DNA of 39,759 bases. Source: an uncultured Candidatus Saccharibacteria bacterium. Its GTDB lineage: Bacteria > Patescibacteriota > Dojkabacteria > SC72. The position numbers were made by a program, and so were the translations under genes. The stretch lies in the NCBI GenBank assembly GCA_964557565.1, contig CAZLAH010000001.1, forward strand, positions 37,112 to 76,870, written 5' to 3'. Under the pieces are notes generated by a model. That model was given only the letters and a program-made list of their open reading frames with translations. It ran no database searches and had not been told where the DNA came from. Each line of letters begins with the position of its first letter. The stretch's first letter is position 1. Positions 1 through 9,224 of the stretch are shown here, one piece after another.

Positions 1-132
1 ATAGTGGAGATAAATAGGGGGATTAGTGATGCGGTCTTGTTAGTTAATGAAAATGCTTTTTTAGGAAGAACCATAAAGAATATAGAATTGATGGCAGACA
101 GAGTCATAATTAAAGGAAATATAGAGCGATAA
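1..132 (+). CDS. 3' end of an unidentified CDS entering from upstream (partial)
   Basis: Frame 1 is open from base 1 to TAA at 130-132 (...DAVLLVNENAFLGRTIKNIELMADRVIIKGNIER*). Too short to assign a family. Confidence 0.35.
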   Translation: MVEINRGISDAVLLVNENAFLGRTIKNIELMADRVIIKGNIER

Positions 133-135
133 CGC

Positions 136-165
136 TTGAATATCACCAATCCCATATGATACAAT
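136..165 (+). promoter_or_regulatory. sigma70-type promoter of groES-groEL
   Basis: TTGAAT (136-141), 18-nt spacer, TACAAT (160-165). TG at 157-158 gives an extended -10 (TGaTACAAT). Lies 37 nt upstream of the groES ATG. Confidence 0.5.
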
Positions 166-168
166 TCT

Positions 169-195
169 TTGGCAATCATTAAATTAATCTGCTAA
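169..195 (+). promoter_or_regulatory. degenerate CIRCE-like inverted repeat (putative HrcA operator)
   Basis: TTGGCAATC-N9-ATCTGCTAA against the CIRCE consensus TTAGCACTC-N9-GAGTGCTAA: 13/18 arm positions match and the spacer is exactly 9 nt. Sits between the -10 box and the groES start. Confidence 0.35.
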
Positions 196-201
196 ACAGA
201 T

Positions 202-501
202 ATGTCTAAAGATATACAAATTCAACCATTAGGTAAAAGAGTTTTGATACAACCAGATGTTCTAGAAGAAAAAACAGCTGGTGGTTTAGTTCTTCCTCCA
301 AGTGCAAATGATGACAAAAAACCTGAAACAGGAATTGTTGTTAAGTTAGGAAAAGGAAAGATAAAAGGAAAAGATATATCTTTTGATGTATCAGTTGGGG
401 ATAGAATATATTTCAAAAAATACTCTCCAGATGAAGTAGAAATAGATAATGAAAAATATCTTCTTCTTGATGTAGAAGATATCTTAGCAATCATAAAGTA
501 A
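202..501 (+). CDS. groES: co-chaperonin GroES (Hsp10)
   Basis: 99 aa. Shows IQPLGKRVLIQP...EEKTAGGLVLP mobile-loop and beta-barrel pattern. Immediately precedes groEL. Confidence 0.95.
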   Translation: MSKDIQIQPLGKRVLIQPDVLEEKTAGGLVLPPSANDDKKPETGIVVKLGKGKIKGKDISFDVSVGDRIYFKKYSPDEVEIDNEKYLLLDVEDILAIIK

Positions 502-524
502 AATAAATTTAAACACTTACTCAT

Positions 525-2153
525 ATGTCAAAATCAATAATATACAATGAAGAAGCAAGAAAAGCCTTAAAAGCAGGTGTAGATACAATAGCAAATGCTG
601 TAAAGGTTACATTGGGACCTAAAGGAAGAAATATTGCAATTGCAAAAAGTTTTGGATCTCAGGTAATTACCAAGGATGGTGTTACTGTTGCAAAAGAGAT
701 AGAAGACAAAGATCCTTTTAAAAATGTTGGTGTTGAGATGATTAAAGAAGCATCTAACAAAGTGAATGATGTCGCAGGAGATGGTACTACTACTGTTACA
801 GTACTTGCTCAAGCAATAGCTTCTGCAGGTTTCAAAAATGTAGCAGCAGGTTCCAACCCCATATCTCTTAAAAGAGGTTTGGACAAGGGTGTAGAGATAA
901 TTATTAACGAATTAGAAAAAACAGCCAAAAAGATTACAAGCAAGGAAGAGATATCTCAAGTATCTACAATATCTGCAAACAATGACAAAGAACTAGGAGA
1001 TATGATAGGTGGTGTATTTGAGAAGGTAGGAAAGGATGGAGTCATAACTGTAGAAGAAGCAAAAGGTCTTAAAGATGAAGTTGAATATACAGAAGGAATG
1101 GAATTTGATAATGGATATGTAAGTGCATATTTTGTAAATAATGCAGAAACATTAGAAACCATTATGGATAACCCATATGTATTCATAACGGATAAAAAAT
1201 TGTCTAATCTTCAAGATATTCAGGCAATAGCTGAGAAAGTCCTTGGTGCTGCAGATAGACCTCTTGTAATAATTGCTGATGATATTGAGAATCAAGCATT
1301 AGCAACTCTTGTTGTAAACAAATTGAGGGGTACATTGGATGTTGTAGCTGTTAAGGCTCCTGGTTTTGGAGATAGAAAGAAGGAGATGTTGAAAGATCTT
1401 TCAGTATTAACAGGTGCAGAATATATTTCAGAGGATTTGGGTAAAACATTGGATTCAGTAGAGCTTACAGACTTGGGTTCTGCAAAGAAGGTTATTGTAA
1501 ACAAAGAGAAGACAATCATTGTTGAAGGTAAGGGAGAGAAGAAGGAGATAGAAAGTAGAGTTAAAGAAATAAAGGCTCAGATATCAAGTACTACATCAGA
1601 CTATGATAGAGAGAAATTACAAGAAAGATTAGCAAAGATATCTGGTGGTGTTGCAGTTATTAAAGTTGGTGCAGCATCGGAGATAGAAGCTAAGGAGAAG
1701 AAGATGAGGATAGAGGATGCAATTAATGCTACGAGAGCAGCTATCGAGGAGGGTGTTGTAGCTGGTGGTGGTTTGGCATTACATAATGCTAAAGATGTTC
1801 TTAAGAAGGTTAAGTTAGATGACCGAGATGAGCAGTTAGGTATTGAAATTCTTAAGGGTATATTGAGTGAACCTCTTAAACAGATAGCTGAGAATGCGGG
1901 TGAGGATGGTGCAGTAATTGCTGCTAATTGTAAGGGTAATACAGGATTTAATGCTAAGACAGGAGAGTATGTAGATATGATTGAAGCAGGTATCATTGAT
2001 CCTGTTAAAGTTACAAGATTAGCATTGTCTAATGCTGTATCTGTAGGTTCTATGTTAGTAACTACAGAAGCAGTTGTTGCAGATATTCCTGATGAGAAAG
2101 ATAGCAAAGCTCCTATGGGTAGTGAAATGGGAGGTATGCCTGGAATGATGTAA
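525..2153 (+). CDS. groEL: chaperonin GroEL (Hsp60)
   Basis: 542 aa. Canonical AGDGTTTVTVLAQA ATP-binding motif, VAVKAPGFGDRRK-like segment and C-terminal GGMPGMM tail. Confidence 0.98.
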   Translation: MSKSIIYNEEARKALKAGVDTIANAVKVTLGPKGRNIAIAKSFGSQVITKDGVTVAKEIEDKDPFKNVGVEMIKEASNKVNDVAGDGTTTVTVLAQAIASAGFKNVAAGSNPISLKRGLDKGVEIIINELEKTAKKITSKEEISQVSTISANNDKELGDMIGGVFEKVGKDGVITVEEAKGLKDEVEYTEGMEFDNGYVSAYFVNNAETLETIMDNPYVFITDKKLSNLQDIQAIAEKVLGAADRPLVIIADDIENQALATLVVNKLRGTLDVVAVKAPGFGDRKKEMLKDLSVLTGAEYISEDLGKTLDSVELTDLGSAKKVIVNKEKTIIVEGKGEKKEIESRVKEIKAQISSTTSDYDREKLQERLAKISGGVAVIKVGAASEIEAKEKKMRIEDAINATRAAIEEGVVAGGGLALHNAKDVLKKVKLDDRDEQLGIEILKGILSEPLKQIAENAGEDGAVIAANCKGNTGFNAKTGEYVDMIEAGIIDPVKVTRLALSNAVSVGSMLVTTEAVVADIPDEKDSKAPMGSEMGGMPGMM

Positions 2154-2167
2154 TACTAAGTATTTAG

Positions 2168-2197
2168 AAAGAGGGGTTTACACCCCTCTTTTACTTT
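2168..2197 (+). terminator. rho-independent terminator after groEL
   Basis: Perfect stem AAAGAGGGGT / ACCCCTCTTT (2168-2177 / 2182-2191) with a ttac loop, followed by a T-rich tract. Confidence 0.8.
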
Positions 2198-2209
2198 ATC
2201 TTGTTCTAG

Positions 2210-3190
2210 ATGATAGAGGTCCAACAAAATAAAAATACAATATTCTTTTCCTTAATTATATATTTATTACTATTCAAAGAATTGGAATTAAAAACTCCAA
2301 CAAAACTCGCAACAAAAGTTTTCAAAGATTTCGAGAATATAAATGAAACGAAAGAAGCAAAAGAATTCATAGCAAGGTATAAAGATTCTAATCCATTGAA
2401 AATAAACTACCAATATAATCTTCTCTCTCTGTATACAGATTCCACATACTCAATAAAATATAAAAAAGAGTCTAAGATACTTAAAGAAATCCTTAATGAT
2501 TCTGAATATATAAAACATACAGAAACAATAAAGGAACTATTTCCAAAATTAAATGAATCTATTAAATTTGATGATTATTATGAAAAAAATATCCTTTCAA
2601 CTTATCAAGATTTGATAAAAGACATACAAGAAATCTTCAATTTTAATCCTAAAATTTATGAAAGTCTTATTTCTTTCTGGAAAATAGCATTTCAACCTGA
2701 ACTAATCTTTATCCCAAATTTTCTTTCAACAGGAGATTGCTTTGGGTTAAGGAAAGAAAAAAAATTCTATTCAGTTACTTCTGCTAAGATAAATAAAGAT
2801 ACAGGGGAGAGAGAGTTTTATCCAGCTCATGTTATATCTAATTCTATCCATGAGTTCTCGCATTCTTTCTTAGATGAGGCAATTAAGTATGAGAATTTAG
2901 TTGAAAATATATCTGATTTAGAAAAAGAAAAATACCAGAGAATAATCAATGAAGAAATAGATCCACAAATTTTGAAAATATACGGAAGTAAATATTTCAT
3001 CGAATGCTTCGATCGGGCAGCAACTTTGAGGGTAAAAGAAATGGCTGGAGTAAGTAATGTGAAAGAAAATTATTTTATCGAAGAGAGACAAAGGGGCTAT
3101 ATATTAACAGAACTCTTCTATAAAAATCTTCTTAATAATGAAGATAGCTCACCTGGGAAAATATACGTTGAAACCTTAAAAAGTATTTGA
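2210..3190 (+). CDS. hypothetical protein with HExxH motif (putative zinc metallopeptidase)
   Basis: 326-aa ORF with ATG start and a single HExxH (SIHEFSHSF). I recognise no other family signature. The N-terminal hydrophobic stretch (FFSLIIYLLLF) is too short for a confident TM helix. Confidence 0.55.
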   Translation: MIEVQQNKNTIFFSLIIYLLLFKELELKTPTKLATKVFKDFENINETKEAKEFIARYKDSNPLKINYQYNLLSLYTDSTYSIKYKKESKILKEILNDSEYIKHTETIKELFPKLNESIKFDDYYEKNILSTYQDLIKDIQEIFNFNPKIYESLISFWKIAFQPELIFIPNFLSTGDCFGLRKEKKFYSVTSAKINKDTGEREFYPAHVISNSIHEFSHSFLDEAIKYENLVENISDLEKEKYQRIINEEIDPQILKIYGSKYFIECFDRAATLRVKEMAGVSNVKENYFIEERQRGYILTELFYKNLLNNEDSSPGKIYVETLKSI

Positions 3191-3192
3191 TC

Positions 3193-3648
3193 CTATCTAA
3201 CAATCTCTAGCCAATTCTCTTTTAACCACATATCTGCCATATCCTGCTCTTCTATTAAATCTCTCTTAATCAATTCCTTCTTAATAATATTCCCTTGATG
3301 AGGATTTAAGAACCTCTTCTCTAATGGAGAACTAAAACCATGAGCATAATGACATAACTCATGAGCTACAGTAGCCCTAACTACATACTCAGGTATATAC
3401 TCATTCTTGTAATAGCTAGTTACAGTAATTACAGTAACACTCTTGTCATCCTGCACATCATAATCATCCCTTTTCTTTCTTAACAATCCCTTTATCCTTG
3501 TACCATCTCTTGCCAACTTAATACTCCCTAACTGTCTCTTGGAATACTTCCCAAACTTAATAACGACCAAATTCTTCCTTGGTATATCACAAAAATGATT
3601 ATCCCAAAGATCATAAAGTACTTCTTCTAAATAACTATTATCTCTCAT
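3193..3648 (-). CDS. SprT/DUF45-like small zinc metallopeptidase
   Basis: 151 aa with HExxH in TVAHELCHYAHG plus a downstream His (NPHQG). It is the only gene in the window with a strong SD (GAGAGGAGGAG, 9 nt before the ATG). Confidence 0.65.
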   Translation of the reverse strand: MRDNSYLEEVLYDLWDNHFCDIPRKNLVVIKFGKYSKRQLGSIKLARDGTRIKGLLRKKRDDYDVQDDKSVTVITVTSYYKNEYIPEYVVRATVAHELCHYAHGFSSPLEKRFLNPHQGNIIKKELIKRDLIEEQDMADMWLKENWLEIVR

Positions 3649-3682
3649 TCAATAACTCCTCCTCTCATGTTATCATGTTAAG

Positions 3683-5497
3683 ATGATTCTACAAAAATTC
3701 AAACAAAAATTCTCTACATTAACAAAAGTTCTTAAGTTCGTATACGGAAACTACACTGCAGTTGCAGTAATTAGAGATATCCTTTTTCTTGTATCTACAT
3801 CTGCAGAAATATATGGAATTACTGTTTTAGGAAAATTCATAGATGCCGCAACAAAGATCTTTCTAGAATGGAAGACCTTTGATCTTACACAATTCTTTGC
3901 CTCCGAAGCGTTTTTGTATTTAGCCCTAATCCTGGCTCTGTATGTCGTTGTTTTAGTTTGCAACAAAGCAAGAGAATATCTTTACAATGTCATCTCCGAG
4001 AAAGTGTGGGAAGATACTCAATACCTCATAATGGGAAAAGTGTCTACTTCGAATCTACACGATATTGAGAAAGATGAATTTCAGGACAAGGTCACATATG
4101 CTCCCGCATTTTCAATTGTGAGAATAATATCATCATATGACAACTTCTCCATAATTCTTAGTAGCAGTATTAGACTTCTAAGTGCTGTAATAATAATCTT
4201 TAACACAATGGGTCTTTCTGTTCTTTTCTTACTGTTAATTGTATTACCTGAGATTCTTGCTGTACATTTGAGAAGAAGAAAGATAAGGAGTTACTTAGAT
4301 AACGAGGTCGGAAGGATACGTTTTCTAAACTATGTTCAAAACATAGCCTTAACAATATCCAACTTCCTTGAATTAAGAGTAAACAATGTATATTCATACC
4401 TAAAAAGAAAATACATTGTTGAGTATGACAAATATGTGGACGGATATCTTGATACCCAATTTCGTTTTTACCGAGATAATATATCTACTTTAGTGATTGG
4501 TCAGATATTAAAATTTTCATATATCATATATGTTCTGTCAGTTACATTGGTTAAAGGATTTTCTTTTGGTAGTTTTAAAGCTCTGTATGACTATGTCGAT
4601 GTTACATACATGAGTGTTTTTGATATCCTTAATTCTCTCTCCTTGATATCTAATGATTTGGGATATATTGAAAAATTTTTTGACCTGATGGAATACCAAG
4701 GCTTCGGTGACCAAGAACATGGGGATGTTAAATTGGCCAACCATACACCTAAATTAGAATTTAAAAATCTCTCTTTTGCATATCCAGATGATCCAAATAC
4801 AAAGATATTAAAGAATTTAGATGTAGAAGTTAATCCTGGAGAAAAAGTAGCTTTCTTTGGTGGTGACGGCTCTGGGAAAAGTACTACTGTAAAAATATTG
4901 ACAGGTTTGTATCCTTTAAAGAATGGAGGATATCTTTTGGATGGTCATCAAACAAAAGATTTGGATAGAGGAGAATTGAAAAGAAAGCTTGCAGTTACAT
5001 TCCAGGACTTTGTAAACTACCATTTCAGTTTGAAAGAAAATGTTGTCATATCTGGTCAAAGACAAAATGTTGATACTCAATTGTATGAGAGTGTCATCAA
5101 GATAGCGGATGTAGATAGATTTAAGAAAGTAATTCATGTCGATGACAGTAGTATTCTTGGTAAAACATTCTCATCTGGTAAGGATCTTTCTCCAGGATAC
5201 TGGCAAAGATTAGCTATCGCGAGAATGCTTTACAGAAACAAAAGGATATTCATAATGGATGAACCATTTACTTTCATAGATGATGTCTCTGAAGAGAGGA
5301 TATTGGAGGATATTTTCAATTTCTTAGGTCAAGAAAAGTCTTTGATATATATAACTAGGAGTACAAAATTTTTAGAGAAGTTTGATAGGATCTACTACTT
5401 TGAAAATGGAAAAATCATAGAGTCAGGAACATGGAAAGAGTTGATGAAATTAAAGGGCCGGTTGTACGAAGAGAGGAAATTACAAAAAGACTCTTAA
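3683..5497 (+). CDS. ABC exporter half-transporter (fused TMD-NBD, MsbA/type I exporter-like)
   Basis: 604 aa with an N-terminal multi-TM domain. Walker A GGDGSGKST, Q-loop TFQD, signature LSPGYWQR, Walker B IFIMDEP. The H-loop position reads ITRS. Confidence 0.9.
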   Translation: MILQKFKQKFSTLTKVLKFVYGNYTAVAVIRDILFLVSTSAEIYGITVLGKFIDAATKIFLEWKTFDLTQFFASEAFLYLALILALYVVVLVCNKAREYLYNVISEKVWEDTQYLIMGKVSTSNLHDIEKDEFQDKVTYAPAFSIVRIISSYDNFSIILSSSIRLLSAVIIIFNTMGLSVLFLLLIVLPEILAVHLRRRKIRSYLDNEVGRIRFLNYVQNIALTISNFLELRVNNVYSYLKRKYIVEYDKYVDGYLDTQFRFYRDNISTLVIGQILKFSYIIYVLSVTLVKGFSFGSFKALYDYVDVTYMSVFDILNSLSLISNDLGYIEKFFDLMEYQGFGDQEHGDVKLANHTPKLEFKNLSFAYPDDPNTKILKNLDVEVNPGEKVAFFGGDGSGKSTTVKILTGLYPLKNGGYLLDGHQTKDLDRGELKRKLAVTFQDFVNYHFSLKENVVISGQRQNVDTQLYESVIKIADVDRFKKVIHVDDSSILGKTFSSGKDLSPGYWQRLAIARMLYRNKRIFIMDEPFTFIDDVSEERILEDIFNFLGQEKSLIYITRSTKFLEKFDRIYYFENGKIIESGTWKELMKLKGRLYEERKLQKDS

Positions 5498-5529
5498 AAA
5501 AACAAAATATCCTGTAAAATATATACCTA

Positions 5530-6384
5530 ATGGAGATATTAAATGGAAAAAACATATCTCAGAGGATACTAGATAGTATTTCTGAGGAAGTAAGCAATAT
5601 TAAACAGAGAGGTGAAAAAATTCCTAGGTTGGATATGATCTTGGTTGGAAATGATTATGGGAGTATCAAGTATGTAGGAATGAAAGAAAAGACAGCAAAA
5701 GAGGTTGGAATTGATGGTAATGTTCATCATCTAGATGCAGAAGTAAATACTTTGGATATTGTTAATTTAGTAGAATCTCTTAATAACTCAGAGGAAGTAG
5801 ATGGATACATGATCCAATTACCCTTACCTGAGCATATCAATACTAATCTTGTACTAGAAGCAATGTCACCTTTGAAAGATGTAGATGGATTAACACCCAC
5901 TAATTTAGGAAAGCTATTTCAAAAAGACAGATCATCAATCCCTCCTGCAACACCTTTAGGTATAATGAAATTATTGGAGGAATATAATATAAAGATATTT
6001 GGTAAACATGTAGTAATACTTGGTACAAGTAATATCGTAGGAACACCTTTAGCCGCAATGATGTTGGAAAAGAATGCAACTGTTACTCTTTGTAATTCCC
6101 ATACCGTAGATATTGAGCATATTACAAGAGATGCTGATATCTTAATCTCTGCAACTGGAAAACCCTTACTCATAAAATCACACTTCCTTAAGAAAGACAG
6201 TGTAGTAATTGATGTTGGTTCTAACAAACATCCTGAAACCGGTAAACTAGTTGGTGATGTAGATTGGAATGATGTTCAGGGAATACCTTCTTACATTACT
6301 CCAGTACCAGGCGGTGTTGGTCCAATGACAATAGCTTGTCTCATGCTTAATTTGATGAATTGCTACAAGAATGCAAAAAAATAA
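5530..6384 (+). CDS. folD: bifunctional 5,10-methylene-THF dehydrogenase / methenyl-THF cyclohydrolase
   Basis: 284 aa. Shows YVGMKEK..., [30 protein letters not shown] and [10 protein letters not shown] motifs typical of FolD. Confidence 0.95.
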   Translation: MEILNGKNISQRILDSISEEVSNIKQRGEKIPRLDMILVGNDYGSIKYVGMKEKTAKEVGIDGNVHHLDAEVNTLDIVNLVESLNNSEEVDGYMIQLPLPEHINTNLVLEAMSPLKDVDGLTPTNLGKLFQKDRSSIPPATPLGIMKLLEEYNIKIFGKHVVILGTSNIVGTPLAAMMLEKNATVTLCNSHTVDIEHITRDADILISATGKPLLIKSHFLKKDSVVIDVGSNKHPETGKLVGDVDWNDVQGIPSYITPVPGGVGPMTIACLMLNLMNCYKNAKK

Positions 6385-7600
6385 AAAGATAGAATCCTTA
6401 ATCAACGAAGAATCCAAGAGGCAGATAGAAGGTATAGAATTAATTGCATCTGAAAACTATGTGAGTGAAGATGTTTTAGAAGCAATGGGTTCCATCCTTA
6501 CTAATAAATACTCTGAAGGATACCCATTTAAAAGATACTATGGAGGTAATGAATATATAGATAAGATAGAGCAAGAGGCAATAGATAGAGCAAAAGAGCT
6601 TTTTGGTGCAGATCATGTAAATGTTCAACCATATTCTGGATCTCCAGCAAATTTAGCAGTACATTTAGCATTAGTAGAACCAGGAGACAAGACATTGGGT
6701 ATGGCACTAGATGCGGGTGGACATCTTACACACGGTTTCAAGGTATCCATATCTGGAAAGTACTTTGATTCTGCAAGCTATGGTGTGAATGGTGATGGGT
6801 ATATTGACTATGAAGAGGTTCTAAAGATTGCAAAATCACATAAGCCCAAACTCATATGGGCTGGCTTCTCTGCATATTCTAGAACCATTGATTGGAATGA
6901 GTTTAGAAAAATTGCTGATGAAGTTGGAGCTTACCTTGTAGCGGATATATCCCATGTTGCAGGATTAGTAGTAGCAGGATTGTATCCATCTCCAGTAGGT
7001 ATTGCAGATGTAGTCACAACAACCACCCACAAGACGCTCAGAGGCCCTAGGGGAGCCATAATCATGTGTAATGAGGAATTAGGGGAAAAGATAGACAAAG
7101 CAGTATTCCCAGGATTACAGGGAGGTCCACATAATCATACAACCGCAGGTATTGCTGTTGCTTTACAAGAAGCGTCTACAAAGGAATTCAAAGAATATGC
7201 TATGCAGATAATTGCTAATGCAAAGAAACTTTCAGATGAACTTACCTCAAGAGGATATGTAATCATATCTGGAGGTACGGATAATCATCTTTTCCTTTTA
7301 GATACAGTTAAGTCTTGTAACATGACGGGAGCAGAACTCTCCAACCTTTTGGAAAAAGTTAATATAACGGTAAACAAGAACGCTATCCCTAATGACAAGA
7401 GAAAACCATGGGATCCCTCAGGTATTAGAATTGGTACACCGGCTGTTACAACAAGAGGTTTGAAAGAAAAGGACATGGAAAAGATAGCAGAATATATAGA
7501 TAGAGCTGTGAAGAACAAAGATAATGAGAAAGAGTTAGGAAAATTGAAAGAAGAAGTAAAGATATATATGTCCGACTTTCAAATACCAGGTATAAAATAA
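6371..7600 (+). CDS. glyA: serine hydroxymethyltransferase
   Basis: 409 aa. [11 protein letters not shown], the PLP-lysine motif [13 protein letters not shown], and GLQGGPHNH. Overlaps the folD end by 14 nt. Confidence 0.97.
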   Translation: MQKNKKIESLINEESKRQIEGIELIASENYVSEDVLEAMGSILTNKYSEGYPFKRYYGGNEYIDKIEQEAIDRAKELFGADHVNVQPYSGSPANLAVHLALVEPGDKTLGMALDAGGHLTHGFKVSISGKYFDSASYGVNGDGYIDYEEVLKIAKSHKPKLIWAGFSAYSRTIDWNEFRKIADEVGAYLVADISHVAGLVVAGLYPSPVGIADVVTTTTHKTLRGPRGAIIMCNEELGEKIDKAVFPGLQGGPHNHTTAGIAVALQEASTKEFKEYAMQIIANAKKLSDELTSRGYVIISGGTDNHLFLLDTVKSCNMTGAELSNLLEKVNITVNKNAIPNDKRKPWDPSGIRIGTPAVTTRGLKEKDMEKIAEYIDRAVKNKDNEKELGKLKEEVKIYMSDFQIPGIK

Positions 7601-7611
7601 ATATAGAATAT

Positions 7612-9207
7612 ATGAAATTAAGCTTCAGAAAAGATTTAAACATAGCCTCTCTAACATCGGAATCTAATTGGAACAAATTCAAAGTTCATACTCTTCTACA
7701 AAACTGTGAGACGAAACAACCATCCATAAATGCATATCTTGGAGCAAGATACAGTAGATCCTCAGATTCCATACTTGATATTGCAAATGAGATAATAAAA
7801 AGTGGTACAGATGCTTCTGAAAGATTAGAAAAGATATTCTCAGGATATGGACATAAATCAGTTGGAGATATGGCAGATATTTTTGTATGTATAGAAAACA
7901 TCCCAATATATACAGCAATGAAGATCTTTTACATGACATCTGTAGTATCTGGACAGGAAAGATCCACTAGGTACCAGAATTTTGAGAATCCAGAATTCGT
8001 AAAAATTCCAAGAGAGGTATGTGAAGATCATAATGTAAGGAAAGAATATGAAAGAATAATCATGAAGCAAATGAAAGATTACAGAGAACTGCTTAAGGAA
8101 ACAAAGGATGCTCTTTCAGAGGCTTTTCAAATAAATGAAGAAAGCCAAGATGAAGTATCTGCGTTGAGATCAAGAAGCTTTGATGTAGCTAGATACCTAC
8201 TTCCATATGGATTGAACACAAGCTCTGCATATCTAATGTCGGCAAGAAATTGGTCTGAAATAATTAGCTATCTCTGTTCTAGTGATACAGTAGTTGAAAA
8301 TGAGTTGCATACATTGCTAATAAACCTTCTTGGAGACTCTAAATTAGAAGTAAAGGGATATACAAGAGAAGCGGATGGTCTTCTTCGACATACTGATGCA
8401 AATTGTTGTAGAAAGGTTTCCACTAGAAGCGTCTTAGAATATATGAAGAAAGGATTAAGCATGGAGCAGTTAACAGAGTTACCTGAAAATGAATGGGAAT
8501 CTGTAAATGTAACATACTCTCCTGATTGTACTGAAACTCTTATCTCTCACTACGAATTACTTCTTAATCCTCTTGGATCCAAAGAGGAATTTGAATTTAC
8601 CGAAGAGGATCAGGAAAATATTGGTAATATTCTTTTTGAAAAGCATGATCATCACAATTTACTTGGTAATATAGGGCAATCAGGAGCAATAAAGGTTTCT
8701 GGTTTTGCATCTTTGGGAACACTGAAGGATTTAAATAGACATAGAAGTTTGGAAAGGTTCATACCTCTTTTTCATGATGAAATAGATATGGATCAAGAAC
8801 TAAATAGAAGAAATGATAGTTGCTTTTTTCTTTGTGACTATCTTGATATACCAAGTCTTTCTAAATTGAGGGGAAAATATTCAGAGAAATTAGAAGAGAC
8901 ATATAAAATGATAAAAGAGTGGAGAGAGAAGCATAGGGATATTCTCTCAAAAGAAGTATGTGATGAATTTACAAAATATCTTCTACCTCACGCTCATAGT
9001 ACAAAGTATGTATTCTATGGTTCTTTTGATGATTATCAATATATTGTTAATCTCCGAACTAGAAATGGAGGTCATATCGCATACAGGAAATTGACGTATG
9101 AATGGTTAAGGAAATTAGCAAACAAAGACTTTGTGTGGAGGCCGTTATTAAAGAAAATAGTGGAGCCTAAGATAGATGATAAGCATCAATTTATTGATAG
9201 AAGTTAA
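7612..9207 (+). CDS. thyX: long (tandem two-repeat) flavin-dependent thymidylate synthase ThyX-like protein
   Basis: 531 aa. The N half has YGHKSV...SGQERSTRY (SxRY part of the ThyX motif) and VARYLLPYGLNT. The C half has HDHHN...LNRHRS (RHR) and YLLPHAHST...NLRTRNGGH. It sits between glyA and dcd. Confidence 0.65.
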   Translation: MKLSFRKDLNIASLTSESNWNKFKVHTLLQNCETKQPSINAYLGARYSRSSDSILDIANEIIKSGTDASERLEKIFSGYGHKSVGDMADIFVCIENIPIYTAMKIFYMTSVVSGQERSTRYQNFENPEFVKIPREVCEDHNVRKEYERIIMKQMKDYRELLKETKDALSEAFQINEESQDEVSALRSRSFDVARYLLPYGLNTSSAYLMSARNWSEIISYLCSSDTVVENELHTLLINLLGDSKLEVKGYTREADGLLRHTDANCCRKVSTRSVLEYMKKGLSMEQLTELPENEWESVNVTYSPDCTETLISHYELLLNPLGSKEEFEFTEEDQENIGNILFEKHDHHNLLGNIGQSGAIKVSGFASLGTLKDLNRHRSLERFIPLFHDEIDMDQELNRRNDSCFFLCDYLDIPSLSKLRGKYSEKLEETYKMIKEWREKHRDILSKEVCDEFTKYLLPHAHSTKYVFYGSFDDYQYIVNLRTRNGGHIAYRKLTYEWLRKLANKDFVWRPLLKKIVEPKIDDKHQFIDRS

Positions 9208-9224
9208 ATTATTATTCAAACAAA

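Noticed and set aside
222-2107. Minus-strand ORFs of 75-168 aa (222-524, 567-812, 956-1186, 1292-1519, 1601-2107) inside groES/groEL
   Set aside because: They lie fully antisense to unmistakable chaperonin genes. Their translations are low-complexity with no recognisable motifs. These are shadow ORFs.
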